Both the position numbers and the translations under genes were made by a program. Below the pieces are notes generated by a model. It was not told where the DNA came from. It was given only the letters and a program-made list of their open reading frames with translations, and did not search any database. DNA of 60,045 nucleotides, counting the filler, from Basidiobolus ranarum (Eukaryota), in NCBI GenBank assembly GCA_040143965.1. It is 11 parts of 11 records of this genome, joined end to end, with 100 filler letters (N's around TTAATTAATTAA, not from the genome) between each part and the next. Parts side by side here need not be neighbours in the genome. Positions count along the whole stretch, not along the records: positions 49,246 to 54,597 come from JASJQH010008499.1; positions 54,698 to 60,045 come from JASJQH010008500.1; 9 more parts are not named here. The stretch is one strand, 5' to 3'. Numbering within the stretch: position 1 is the first letter of the stretch; every line of letters begins with the position of its first letter. Of this stretch, positions 49,420 through 60,045 are shown piece by piece.

Positions 49420-52400
49420 ACCGTGGTCACTGAGCATTTATAGAATTCCTGTGATTCTAAATAGGTATCTATCTTGTTGTACCATGCCCTTGGTGCTGGC
49501 TTGAGTCCTTATAGCAATTTTTGCTGGTTACAATCCTAGTCAGAGTGTTTTAGATGAAAAAATCCATATGGTTGCTCCTCCTAGATCTTTTCTTCTAGAT
49601 TTTCATTCATAAGGGCTCTTTTTACATCCAACCAGTGTAAATCAAGGTTATGGATGGCTGAGAGTGCCAGGATTAATCTAATAGATTTAAACTTGGCTAC
49701 TAAAGCAAAAGCTTCATTACAATTAACTTCTGGAGTCTTGAAATCACCTTTTGCAACTAATCTTTCTTTGTATCTCTCTATGGACCCATCTGCTTGGTTA
49801 CTAATTTTGTAGACCTATTTGCAACCTATTGGCTTTGTCCCTGATGGTAGAGAACTTAAAACTCATGATTTTTTGCAATGCAGTGATGAATAGTTCTAAT
49901 TGTGCTTTTCTGAGTCAAGAACTATGATTTCAGGGGAAAAAATGCTATATCAGCAAAAATAATATTCTGGCACTTAATTAACATCTGATTTTTGTTATCA
50001 TACAGTCTGTAGGTCTTAGATTCATCACAGTAACCAAGAAATATGCATTTTCTGCTTTTGGACACCAGTTTGGAACATTTTGAAGCTGGAATTAGGCAAT
50101 ATGTTTGTAACCAAAGATCCTTAGATGATCCACACCTGTTTTGATCTATATAGGGCTTCAAATGGAGTGCTATTTTGTAGCAATCTTGTTGGGCATCCGT
50201 TTATGAAATAGACTACCATGGCCATAAACTCAACCCAATTTTGGTAATCTAACTTTTGACCACCCAACTTTGATCTTGCCTCAAGCACTCTTGTCCTATT
50301 AGCAATTCTGCAACTTCATTTTGCTGTGGGGTATAAGGATCAGTAGCTTGCTGCTTAATTTCATGCTTAGAACAAAAACTGGCAAAGTCTTTAGAGCAGA
50401 ATTCTCTACCATTATCACTCCTTAGTACTCTTTTTTTTGTGCTGATACTTTCCCTACCATTGCTCTGTAGTACCGGAACATAGCTAAGGATTCAGATATT
50501 AATTTGAGAAGGACAACCCAAGTATATCTTCTTCGTCATCAATAAAGGTAATAAAGAACCATTTCCCACATAGTGAGAAGTTCTGCATAGCTCTCATAGG
50601 GCCGAATGAATCAGGGCAAAGCTTGGAATGGACTTAATCTCTCCAGAGCTTACACCTGGATGTTTGTGATGTTTTTGATACATGCAACCTGTTGAAATTA
50701 GGTAAATGGCACCCCATTATTAAGTAGTTGGTTTATTCATATTCTGATTACTTAGTACTCAATTCTGTCATTCAAAAATGTATGTTTATTGCTCTTATTG
50801 ATAGAAATATCAATTAGATCACTTTTATGAATTTTCACTATTTTTTCAAATATTTGTCAAATCATCTCAAAGTTTCACCCAAGCTTAACCAGCATATTGG
50901 TGATGAACTAAGCATGTCCAATAGTTCTACTTCATAGTAAACTACAAATAATACATATTCAATTCAATAAAACTTAAGTGCCTAATTAACAAATCCAAAT
51001 CTTGTCCAAAATGTTTACAAATCCCCTAAGCACTTTGATCACAACCTTCACACAGATCCAAGTGAGTGATACTTTCAGTTTCTGAGCCTGAAACAACCTG
51101 ATTTTTGTTAATTAGGGTCTGTTTTTGTTCCCAAATGTGGCCTTACATTCTAAGCCACTTTGCTGGCTTATTTTGCTGGTTTGGGCCAGGTTTGCATGCT
51201 CAGAATGTGGTTTGTTTATTTCTAGTTTGTACAAGCATTGATTCTAGTAGCTAACTTAGTATTGCTCTGATCTGAGATAGTGCATGCAACCTTGTTGAGC
51301 ACACAATTTAGTCCTTGAGCTGTTGCATGGCATACAGAGAGTAGACTCTCAGCTATATTTGGTACAGAGAGTATTTTATCCAATTTTGAAGATGATATAG
51401 CTGAAATTTGGTCTCAATTGAGCACAGCTGTGCTCTTACCCATGCATCTAGTGCATAATCATCACCTCAGCAGACTTTCAACATATGAATAAGGTTTTAA
51501 GCTGGAAAAATAATCTCTCTTGTTTTACATATGCTGGGAAGCTCCTGATTCAATGTGCCATGTTTCCAGGTCTTCCTTAGTGTTCATTATTAGGGCAGAC
51601 AAACTGGATGATACCTATTAGTGCTTACTTGATTTGCTTATTCCAAATTTTAGATTTATGGCAAAAATCCTTTGTTCTGCAATCTTCACTTAAAAGGCCT
51701 GGTTCCTTATAATACTTGCAGATGAGTAATTTCCTATTAGGTGCACAATTATTGAAGCTTGTTAGATGCTTTAGAGCTTCAAAAAATGCCTGATCTGCAT
51801 CATTTTGCAGAGAAATAGGTATCCTTAATTCCTCATTTAAAAGCCTAACACCAACATATTTCACTATTAATGGTTTGGATCTAGTTTCAAGGGTAATTAT
51901 GAAATTTCCAAACTTGTCTAGAAGGCTTTCAAGTAGTGTCCTGACCAAGTGGTCTATAGTTAGAAATGCTTCAAAGGAAGAGAGCTGATCTGCCATAGTT
52001 TCCAAATTGAATGATTAAGCCTAGAATCATCATATTTCATCTGAATGGAGAATAATCTTTGCTCAACATATAGCCTATTAGCCATACTTTTAGTATTGCT
52101 TAGTGTATCATGTGTTTCCCATGCAGTTTGCATGTTCTTGGCAAAGTGCATGTGCCTCCATTGAGAGTCTCCAAGATGTATACAAAGTGCAGAGAGTGCT
52201 TTCCTCTGCTTCTTGTTAAAGGCAAGGATAGCTTCTGATGGACTCTTGGGCTTTATTTCTTCTCCTGGGACAAATCCCTAAAGATCTTTGTCTTCAAGCA
52301 CCATTCAAATCCTGAACTTCCAAAAGTGAGAGTCTTCACCATCAAACTTCTCTGTGGATGCAAAGGCATTGGTACTAGTACAGGAGGATAGTCCTGTAGC

Positions 52401-52422
52401 AGCTAGCGTGGGGCTTGTAACC
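49420..52422 (-). mobile_element. Decayed Ty1/copia internal region (PBS, gag, PR, IN, RT)
   Basis: PBS GGTTACAAGCCC 52411-52422; EKFDGEDSHFWKF; WHIESGASQHM; RSDNGREF; PYTPQQN; CIFLGY; RYKERLVAKG; copia domain order. Confidence 0.92.
50690..51041 (+). repeat. Solo LTR family 2 with perfect 5-bp TSD CAACC
   Basis: CAACC at 50685-50689 and 51042-51046; TG...CA ends. Confidence 0.9.
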
Positions 52423-52772
52423 TGATGAAAGTGATTTGGGGACTTGGAAGTGTTTTAGATAGGATTTGAATTTGCAATTTAGACACTAAGTTTTATTGAA
52501 TTAAATATGTGTTATTTGTAGTTTACTATGAAGTAGGACTATTGGACATGCTTAGTTCATAACCAATATGCTGGTTGAGCTTGGGTGAAAATTTCAGGTG
52601 AAATGGAGATGTTTTGAAAAAATAGTGAAAATGGGTAAAAGTGAACTGACAGATATTTTTGTCCATTAGAGCAATAAAGACACTGTTTGAATCATAGAAT
52701 TTAGTGCTATAGGATCAGAATTTGAAGAAACTAGCTACTAAAGAATGAGTTGCTATTTACCAAATATCAACA
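52423..52772 (-). repeat. Copia LTR family 2, 5' LTR
   Basis: Reverse complement of 50690-51041; abuts the PBS. Confidence 0.88.
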
Positions 52773-52859
52773 ATGGCAAGCAATTGGCAGATAAGTTGGT
52801 ATAGGTCTTTTCAAGAGACATTTCAAAATAATAAGCCATTATTTATTTGGATAAGAGTG

Positions 52860-54208
52860 AAAAGTATTGCAAGCTGTTCTCAAGTAGCAGGAAGTTGGTA
52901 AACCCAAGGGAAAATCAAAGAAGCCAATATTTTTTGATTCTACTGTCCTACTGTCAATTTCTTTTGACTATTACACTGACCTGTGTTTCCTGAGTTGGAC
53001 ACACCAGCAGAATAATTGTCAAAAAGGCATGATGTAACCATGCAAGCAAGAATGCTAGCTGCAACAGCTTAATAGTTTGAGGTTTTTGCAAGAGCAGGCA
53101 TCTCTCATCAAGCTATGACAACTGCAAATAAGACTCTGAGCTCTCCAATCCCAAATGGTACTTTTGAAAGTGTTAGATTAGCTCCCAGCCTAAAGGTAAA
53201 CAAAAAGGAACCCAAACACCACTTTGCACACTAAGTAGTATCATACTACAACAATGTAAAAAATTAGTACAAGTGCTTGAAGAGTGCTTTCAAAAGTATG
53301 AGGGGAAAATGTGGTGCAAGTTGCAGCATGAAGCTTCAGAAGAATATTCAAATTGACATTCAGTCTGGTATTGTCCATGTAGATATTCAGCTAGAACTTA
53401 ATACATGGTGGCACAATAATGCAAGGTCACCACCATATAACTGGAATCATGTTCATTTTGTTGAAATCATATATATAGCTACTTATTATTTAGTAGTTAG
53501 CTTATTCATATTCCAATTATTTAGCACTCAATTCTGACATTCAAAAATGTTTGTTTATTGTGCTAATTCATGGATATCTCACTTAGATCACTTTTACTAA
53601 TTTTCACTATTTTCTCAAAACTTCTCCATATCATCTCAACATTCACATATGCTTGACAGGCATCTTTGCTCCAATCTAAGCTTGTCTAAAAGTCATATTT
53701 CATTGTAAACTCCAAATAATTCATATTCCTTTCAACAAAGCTTAGGTTTTTATTGTGCTGGTCCAAATATTTTCTACACTCTTACAAATCCCCTGAACAC
53801 TGGTGTCAGATTCAGTAACTTTAATACTATGGTGGCTTTGATGGTGCTACTAATATGTACCTGTATTAGATATGACCCATACCTGGGGTCTGAATCACTT
53901 CATAAGAAAATCAGAAAAATATCTCAAAGAAACTGGGTATTTCAAGGTTGACACTTAGCATTCAAGTCATGAATACGTAAAATCTAGGATATGCTTTTTA
54001 CACATGCATTGATCCATACTTTTCTGATGATGTTACCAATCATGTGCAACTATTTTGCAAGATCTTCAAATTTCACCTCTGATACTAAAGGTAGATCAAA
54101 ATAAATCTAACTTGATCATTTTATGATGGTAAGTAAATAATCAACCCATAATAGATAGAAACTGGGACAGTTTATCACAATAACTATCCTCGACCTTCTG
54201 GCAGTGTA
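52860..54208 (+). mobile_element. DDE_Tnp_4 transposon second coding region and end, split by a solo LTR
   Basis: Reverse complement of 42088-43070; KNIQIDIQSG..ELNTWWHN. Confidence 0.78.
53459..53808 (+). repeat. Solo LTR family 2
   Basis: TGTTGAAA...GTGTCA; flanks CATTT/GATTC look like a decayed TSD and the host sequence resumes seamlessly. Confidence 0.82.
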
Positions 54209-54486
54209 TCACTCAGATTGGTTATTAGTTTTCTGTTAATCAATGAAAACTCAGCAGCAGTCAAATGATGATCCAATAGTAGATGTAGTAGGTGACTCAA
54301 GAAGTCTAGTAATTGTTGAAAGTCTGGTGCAAGCAGTAATTCCTAAAGAGGAAAATATGGAGTATGGTGACTGCATCTGAACACAAAGTCTAAGGCCAAT
54401 CAGTTGCTTGTATAGCTGCAATGCCAAAGTACCATACATTGACAGACTAGGTTAAGGTTCCCTAGCAATATAGGCATAGCATACAT

Positions 54487-54559
54487 GGACTGGTAGCTCA
54501 GTGGTTAGAGCACCTTGCTAGAGTGAAGGAGGTCCCAGGTTCAAATCCTGGCCAGACCA
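54487..54559 (+). tRNA. tRNA-like gene, probably a pseudogene; nominal anticodon AGA on a short-variable-loop body
   Basis: GGACTGG/CCAGACC acceptor (one mismatch), GCTC/GAGC D stem, CCAGG-TTCAAAT-CCTGG T arm, T5 run at 54563. Confidence 0.75.
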
Positions 54560-54597
54560 ATATTTTTCCCTAAATAATTTCAACATCTACATGTTAG

Positions 54598-54697
54598 NNN
54601 NNNNNNNNNNNNNNNNNNNNNNNNNNNNNNNNNNNNNNNNNTTAATTAATTAANNNNNNNNNNNNNNNNNNNNNNNNNNNNNNNNNNNNNNNNNNNN
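54598..54697. other. Artificial contig spacer
   Basis: 44N-TTAATTAATTAA-44N. Confidence 0.99.
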
Positions 54698-55040
54698 AAG
54701 TATTTGGGAGCCTGTTGGAAGTGGTTTGGAGAATTAGAGGAATTGGTGGTTTTCACTTATTGATTTATTGAGTATTCAGTTGACATTTATAGTTTTGTCA
54801 AGATGTAAGCAAACTAATGTGTAGAATGTTTTAAGGAAGGTCCCAGGAACATGTGTGCAAAGGTTGGGGCTTCTAGCACAAGTTTGAAAAATCTATATAT
54901 CTGAGAACTTCTAAGTTGGTAAAAATAATCTAAGTAAATTCCGATTGAGGATAATTGATAATAACTTAGTGAATTATAAAATAACTAAGTACTAAGCTAT
55001 ATATGACTATATAGGTGTTTAGGCAATGCTAATTTCAACA
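54698..55040 (-). repeat. Copia LTR family 1 copy
   Basis: Aligns with five other copies in the window; ends AATTTCAACA on +. Confidence 0.9.
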
Positions 55041-57435
55041 GTAAGCGGGTAATGCAGTAGTAGCAGAGAGGAGAGCCAAAAAGTAGTTGTAGTGATGTAC
55101 TTCATGCTATATAGATGAACGGAGGATGTGCTGAAGAATATACTATTGAGCAGTCCCAGAGAGAACACTTTATACCAATAATTATTCAGGAGTTTCATTA
55201 TTACACCAGAGAGTAATTAAACTTTGTTGATGTCTGGTTTATTGTGAGTTAGTATATCATCTTTATTGTTCCTGAATTACTAACCTAGTTGAAGAGGACT
55301 TCTGATGGGAGCTCATTAAATTGGTTTTAAATACCTGAAGGGGAGCGGAAAGATGCATCTCTCAGATAAGCATAAAATAGTGAATTATCACTCGGTTATT
55401 ACTACTATTATACTGACTAATTCCAGTAACTATGGGAATTGAGCCGAATTGATGGCATTTGAACAGGGAATCACACCAGTTTGGATTGGGCTAGCAATAT
55501 TTATTCTTACAAACACGCGGTTAAAGATTAAGAGGTTGACATGAGGTAAATGCTTAAAGTGAATATCTGAGCTTAAAATAGTGATAGCGGTATTAAAAGT
55601 AAAGGTTTCACTGAATTAGTAGAAAATCTGACAATGGGAGCGTTAGACCTGGCCCTCAAGATTTAACACGCCAAAGTTTTTTCCACGTCATTGCTGGCTT
55701 TATGGCTTTGACTTTTTGCGTTGTCTATCCGCTTCAGTGCGACTTAAACTCGTCGGCTACGCCTAAACCTTTATTACCTAATTGCATTGTGCATGTGTTA
55801 AACTTTGAAATTCCAGAGGAGCATTCTTACTTGAAATCCTGCTGAAGATTAACTCTAATCGTTGGTATATAGCTACAGAAAGTGGCACCGCTAACATTAG
55901 CACACTATCCAGCCTTGTCGGAGAGTCATTTGACGCTCAGAAACTGGCATAAAAGCTAGGGCTTCGCAAAGGTGATCATTTACATTTGATATCAGATTCA
56001 GAGTCCTGCGTGCTAACTAAGGGTTATAAAAATTCAACGAAACAAGACTTTCTGGGTAGAGCGCTTGCAACGTTCCAATTTACTTCATCCTCCTTTCAAT
56101 AATGATGCGTTAAATAGTGTTGGAATGTGACTGAATAGAATATTTCAAACAATTTGTTTAATCTTTGGGGGAGTTAAACGTGTCGAGTCCCCTTTGAGCT
56201 CTTTTATATAACAGTCTCGGTAATTAACCTTAATCGCGCTAACCGGCGTAATTTCATGATGAAATACCAATAAACTGGAAATTTGACCTGTTTTTAATAC
56301 GTCATATCTAAATCTCTCATTTTATACATTGCTGAACCTAAAATATGACAAATCTTATGAACAGTTAGAAGCAAACCTCAAAGAAGATAGTGTAGTCCAA
56401 AGCGGACTGCTTCATAGAAGCAATAATGACTGGTTTAAGTAATCACTGAGCCTCCAGGCCTGAATTAGAGTTAGTGGGCGCAAGCAGACTTCAAGGTAAT
56501 TGCTCTAATATAATACTTACTCTTGTGCTGGATTGCAGGCTACAACAAAGGTAAAATATGAAGATACAGGCATGTCTGCTTCTGTTGGTATGGCATGTAT
56601 ATGAAATAAGTAATAAAAATGATTCAGTACTCAATGCATCATGCCTCACTAATTGATGAGTGCATCAACCATATTGCACTTGAATAACATGTCAAACAAA
56701 CGTGTTTACTGTAAATGAGGTAATGATAATGTTATATCAAGATAATGCCATTCTTAATGCTTAACAGTTTCTAGGCATATTTTAAAAACATAGTGACAAA
56801 TATAATATTTGTTATTTGAGGAAGGATTGTGCAGCCAAGTGCACTCAAACAGTTTATTTCGATCAAAAGTCCAAACATTGAGGGCCTGTAATATATGTAT
56901 CAGTCAAAGTACTGCAAACTAGGCATGGATGATGGTATGTTACTTTTGCATTATTTGGAGGAAGTATTTCTGCTAATAGTGATGGCAAGTGGATGAAGCA
57001 CTCTTATAGTCTCAGAATAAATATGCCAGGCCTTCATAGACTCTAAAAAAACGTAAGGATTGTAACCATTCGCAAAATGGGTTTATGTTTCTTTCTTCCG
57101 ATCATCAAAAGAGCATTCTGTAGTTTAAAATCGGGCATTTCATGACAGTGGTGAGCATGTATAATAGGAGATGGTTGAAAATCAAACGCGATCATGAACT
57201 CATGTATGAACATTACTTTACGAACGTAGTTGATGAAAAAAATAGAAATGATTAACAATTAAAAAATAGGTTTGGTATGGTTAAAACTACGTATTAAATG
57301 GTAACTAAGCTATAGACCATGAACACCAAATCTATTGCTATGTCAAAGATGACAAAAAAATGGATGGAAACGAAGTACCTTTATTGGCTAATTGTTCTTC
57401 CCAGAAGATGAATCATATAATTATATCCATATTTC

Positions 57436-58053
57436 CTAGTATTTAGGCAGTGCTAATTCTTGGAGTTGGCAAGAAGTGGAAGTAATATCGACATTGTCAA
57501 GCTTGCTACCATATTGCTCTACGATCTGTTCGTAATACTTCTTGTCACCAACCAATAAGTCAATGTGATTGCCTGCAAAGCTCCAGCCTTTATCATCTAC
57601 GCGAACACATCCATTGTGAGTGAGACCATTAGGCATCTCGAGTCCTTGAAGTTGCTTGATCACAACAGTGCTTCCAAATGGAATATCGTTAGCGGAGATA
57701 CTGATGAAGGGTTTGAGAGCATTGCTCTGAGATCCTAAACCGAAGGGATATCTCTTCTCATCAAGATCCATGAAGCAGTTGAATCCACTACCACAGCTAC
57801 ATGCCAGGTTAACTACCTTACCGTTGTTCAAACGTGCGGTACCTTCCATGCGAGCAGCCTCGGCGAAGGATCTGGTAACCCTGGCGATGTACTTTCCGGA
57901 GCAAGTCTTGATATCTACACTCTTAGATCCCGAATGATCACTCTCATTTGCTACCCAGTAGTAAGTCATCTTTACTCTCTTAGCCATTACAGTGGCTTGA
58001 AAGAGAGCAAGACTAAGAAGAGTGACAAAAATTAGCTTGGAAAGAGATGGCAT
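57436..58053 (-). CDS. Secreted 3D (MltA-like) domain protein, 205 aa, intronless
   Basis: Signal peptide MPSLSKLIFVTLLSLALFQATVMA; MTYYW, MEGT, ISANDIPFGS, RVDDKG...GNHIDLLVG; TATAAA about 50 nt upstream. Confidence 0.85.
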   Translation of the reverse strand: MPSLSKLIFVTLLSLALFQATVMAKRVKMTYYWVANESDHSGSKSVDIKTCSGKYIARVTRSFAEAARMEGTARLNNGKVVNLACSCGSGFNCFMDLDEKRYPFGLGSQSNALKPFISISANDIPFGSTVVIKQLQGLEMPNGLTHNGCVRVDDKGWSFAGNHIDLLVGDKKYYEQIVEQYGSKLDNVDITSTSCQLQELALPKY

Positions 58054-60045
58054 CGTTGGGAGTATAGTAGTCAAGTGATAATCATGTATCTCAAAGTTGT
58101 ATCTTTATATAGGATTACACTGTTCGCAGGGTCATCCACAATTTACTCGTACCTTCCCTAGAAAATATTTTTATCTTCACTTATGGCCTTCTTGCTATGA
58201 AACTCAGTTACTTTCTAAATCCTTTAGATTTCCTATCTTCCACTGTTAACGCCATCTTTAATAAGCTTGTCACACCAATTTCCTATAGCTACACCATTTC
58301 AAAAACGTAAAGCATCTAACCATGCTTAGCTGGATGTACCCAAACCTTATACTAGCAATTATATCTATATGTAGCATGCTTCCAGCCAATATACCACTTT
58401 ACCATGAGCTTGCGTTTGAGTACAAGAGACGATAATTCGAGGTAATCTTCTATATGAATATTCTTGACCTGATGCTGGCTTTAATTGGCCAAGTGATACA
58501 TTAAGGTTTAGAAAACTCGGCATTATTGTACAATTAGGGTAGTGATAATTTAGGGTTAGGTCTATCCATTTACTAAATCAATCAACTATATATTACATTG
58601 GCCAGTAATATTGACAAGCTCAATTGATGTGCACGCCACTCAAGGTTTACTTGTTGATCGAACACAAGATTTTCTTATATACATTACCTGTACACACGTT
58701 AGTAGTATGGATTACTTCCATATCGAAAACTTCGTCAAAAGCTTATGACAGAGTAATTCCATGAGACCTAAAGATGTGATGATAGCATCTAGACCTAACG
58801 GATTATCCATTCATTACGATTTCTACTTAATAATTGGATTTTTTACTGACAACTCTAGAAACCCACCAATATACTCATCAAAGCTTCATAATATGCTGGA
58901 ATGATGAAGAGTACAACGAATGAAGGATAATGAGAATGTGGACATTATTAGCATTATTACCATCGATATATACCAGAATACACAATGAATGCGGACATTA
59001 TTAGTATTATAATATCGGCTTTTCAAAAATTCAACCAATAAGTCGTGGTGTGGTATGTTAGCAAGAATAATTCGTTGGTTTCGATACATATTATCACATA
59101 AATCTCACAGTAGAGCCTGGAATCGCATGTAAAGATCTTCTTAGTGGCATGGAGACACATTAACATGGCCAATACTTAATTAGATTCGATATCTTTCTTT
59201 TTGGCACACGTACCAACATTAACTTTTAACTTCAAGAAGATTGAATCTATTACATAGGAAGGTTGTGATGGTATTTTATTTTCAACTGTATGGCCTCCAA
59301 GATCACTACTTGATATTCCAGCGTAGTCTGCTGTAGTGGGATTTTTGTAACTACCAAAGCTACTGTTCAAGTAGGAACATGGTACTTTCCACTACTAGCA
59401 ATGATTTTATGCCCCATTGAGCTATTTCTATCACTTGATTCCCCACAGGGATAAGTGTCTTTATGCTTATTAATTTCTGCCTGGCAGTATCTTGATAACT
59501 CATCCTATCTAGATTGACGGGGGCATTGCAACGCTTCATCTAGCAATGTGTTTTCCACCAAGCCCGTATAATATTTCCTAGAGCTAGACTATGTCTCTTT
59601 GTATATTATCAAAGCGGTATCAGTGGAGAATGTAAGCAACAAAGTAATTTCATTGATTTGCCTCATGGTATCTAGGAAGTGATATGACGTAACAGCAACG
59701 ATGATTGAATTATTCTAGGCATAGTTAACAAGAATATTTCTAGGCACAGACAAGTGTATTTTATACTTTCCGTTATTCCAAGGTTTAGCCACTACACTAT
59801 ATTGCCTATATGAATTGTCCAATAATCCAGGTATTCTCTAGGATTTGTATATATATATATTAAAGGCAACTCATGATAGTGTTTTAGTTAGTTTATTCTT
59901 AAGAGAATATGGTGACTCATATAGCAGAGTAGTAAATCAATTGTTTGAGATGTTCAGGAGTTTGTGTAATAAAATATAATAGATAAGTGGGGGGGGGGTA
60001 ATAAGACATACTAGTTATATAGATATAGATATTATTAAATAGATA

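Noticed and set aside
54517..54524. CTA amber-suppressor anticodon in the tRNA-like gene
   Set aside because: Stem register puts CT at positions 32-33 and AGA at 34-36.
5384..54697. Regularly spaced TTAATTAATTAA palindromes (10 copies, about every 5.47 kb)
   Set aside because: Artificial six-frame-stop linkers between size-sorted contigs; ORFs containing X runs across them are artefacts.
956..58053. A multi-gene system linking the NTPase, secreted proteins, PDT and 3D protein
   Set aside because: They lie on different contigs ordered only by length.
58533..58560. Telomere-like TTAGGG copies
   Set aside because: Only two to three interrupted copies, internal to the contig.

Overview
This window is not one locus. 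It is 11 unrelated short contigs (5383 down to 5348 bp, in decreasing size) joined by 100-bp artificial spacers (44 N + TTAATTAATTAA + 44 N), so gene neighbourhoods mean nothing across spacers. The DNA is eukaryotic, most likely an early-diverging fungus (short GT..AG introns with CTAAC/CTGAC branch sites, fungal-type ALE1 MBOAT); the lineage is inference. Intact genes: an intronless 928-aa P-loop NTPase with a putative C-terminal nuclease-like core, a small Cys-rich secreted protein, two Gly/Tyr-rich secreted proteins, a prephenate dehydratase, an ALE1-like acyltransferase, a multi-exon ANKFN1/WAKE-like protein, TMEM256/DUF423 and a secreted 3D-domain protein. About half the window is CpG-depleted transposon debris: two Ty1/copia families with half-tRNA-iMet primer sites, a third LTR-like repeat, a LINE RT, a DDE_Tnp_4 DNA transposon with an unrecognised second coding region, a MITE-like hairpin and a tRNA-like pseudogene. 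I cannot support a multi-gene novel system. The best leads are the ubiquitin-like + ANKFN1-core fungal protein, the two-ORF DNA transposon, the NTPase-nuclease gene, and genes with bacterial or plant-like character. All family assignments come from recognising motifs by eye, not from database searches.
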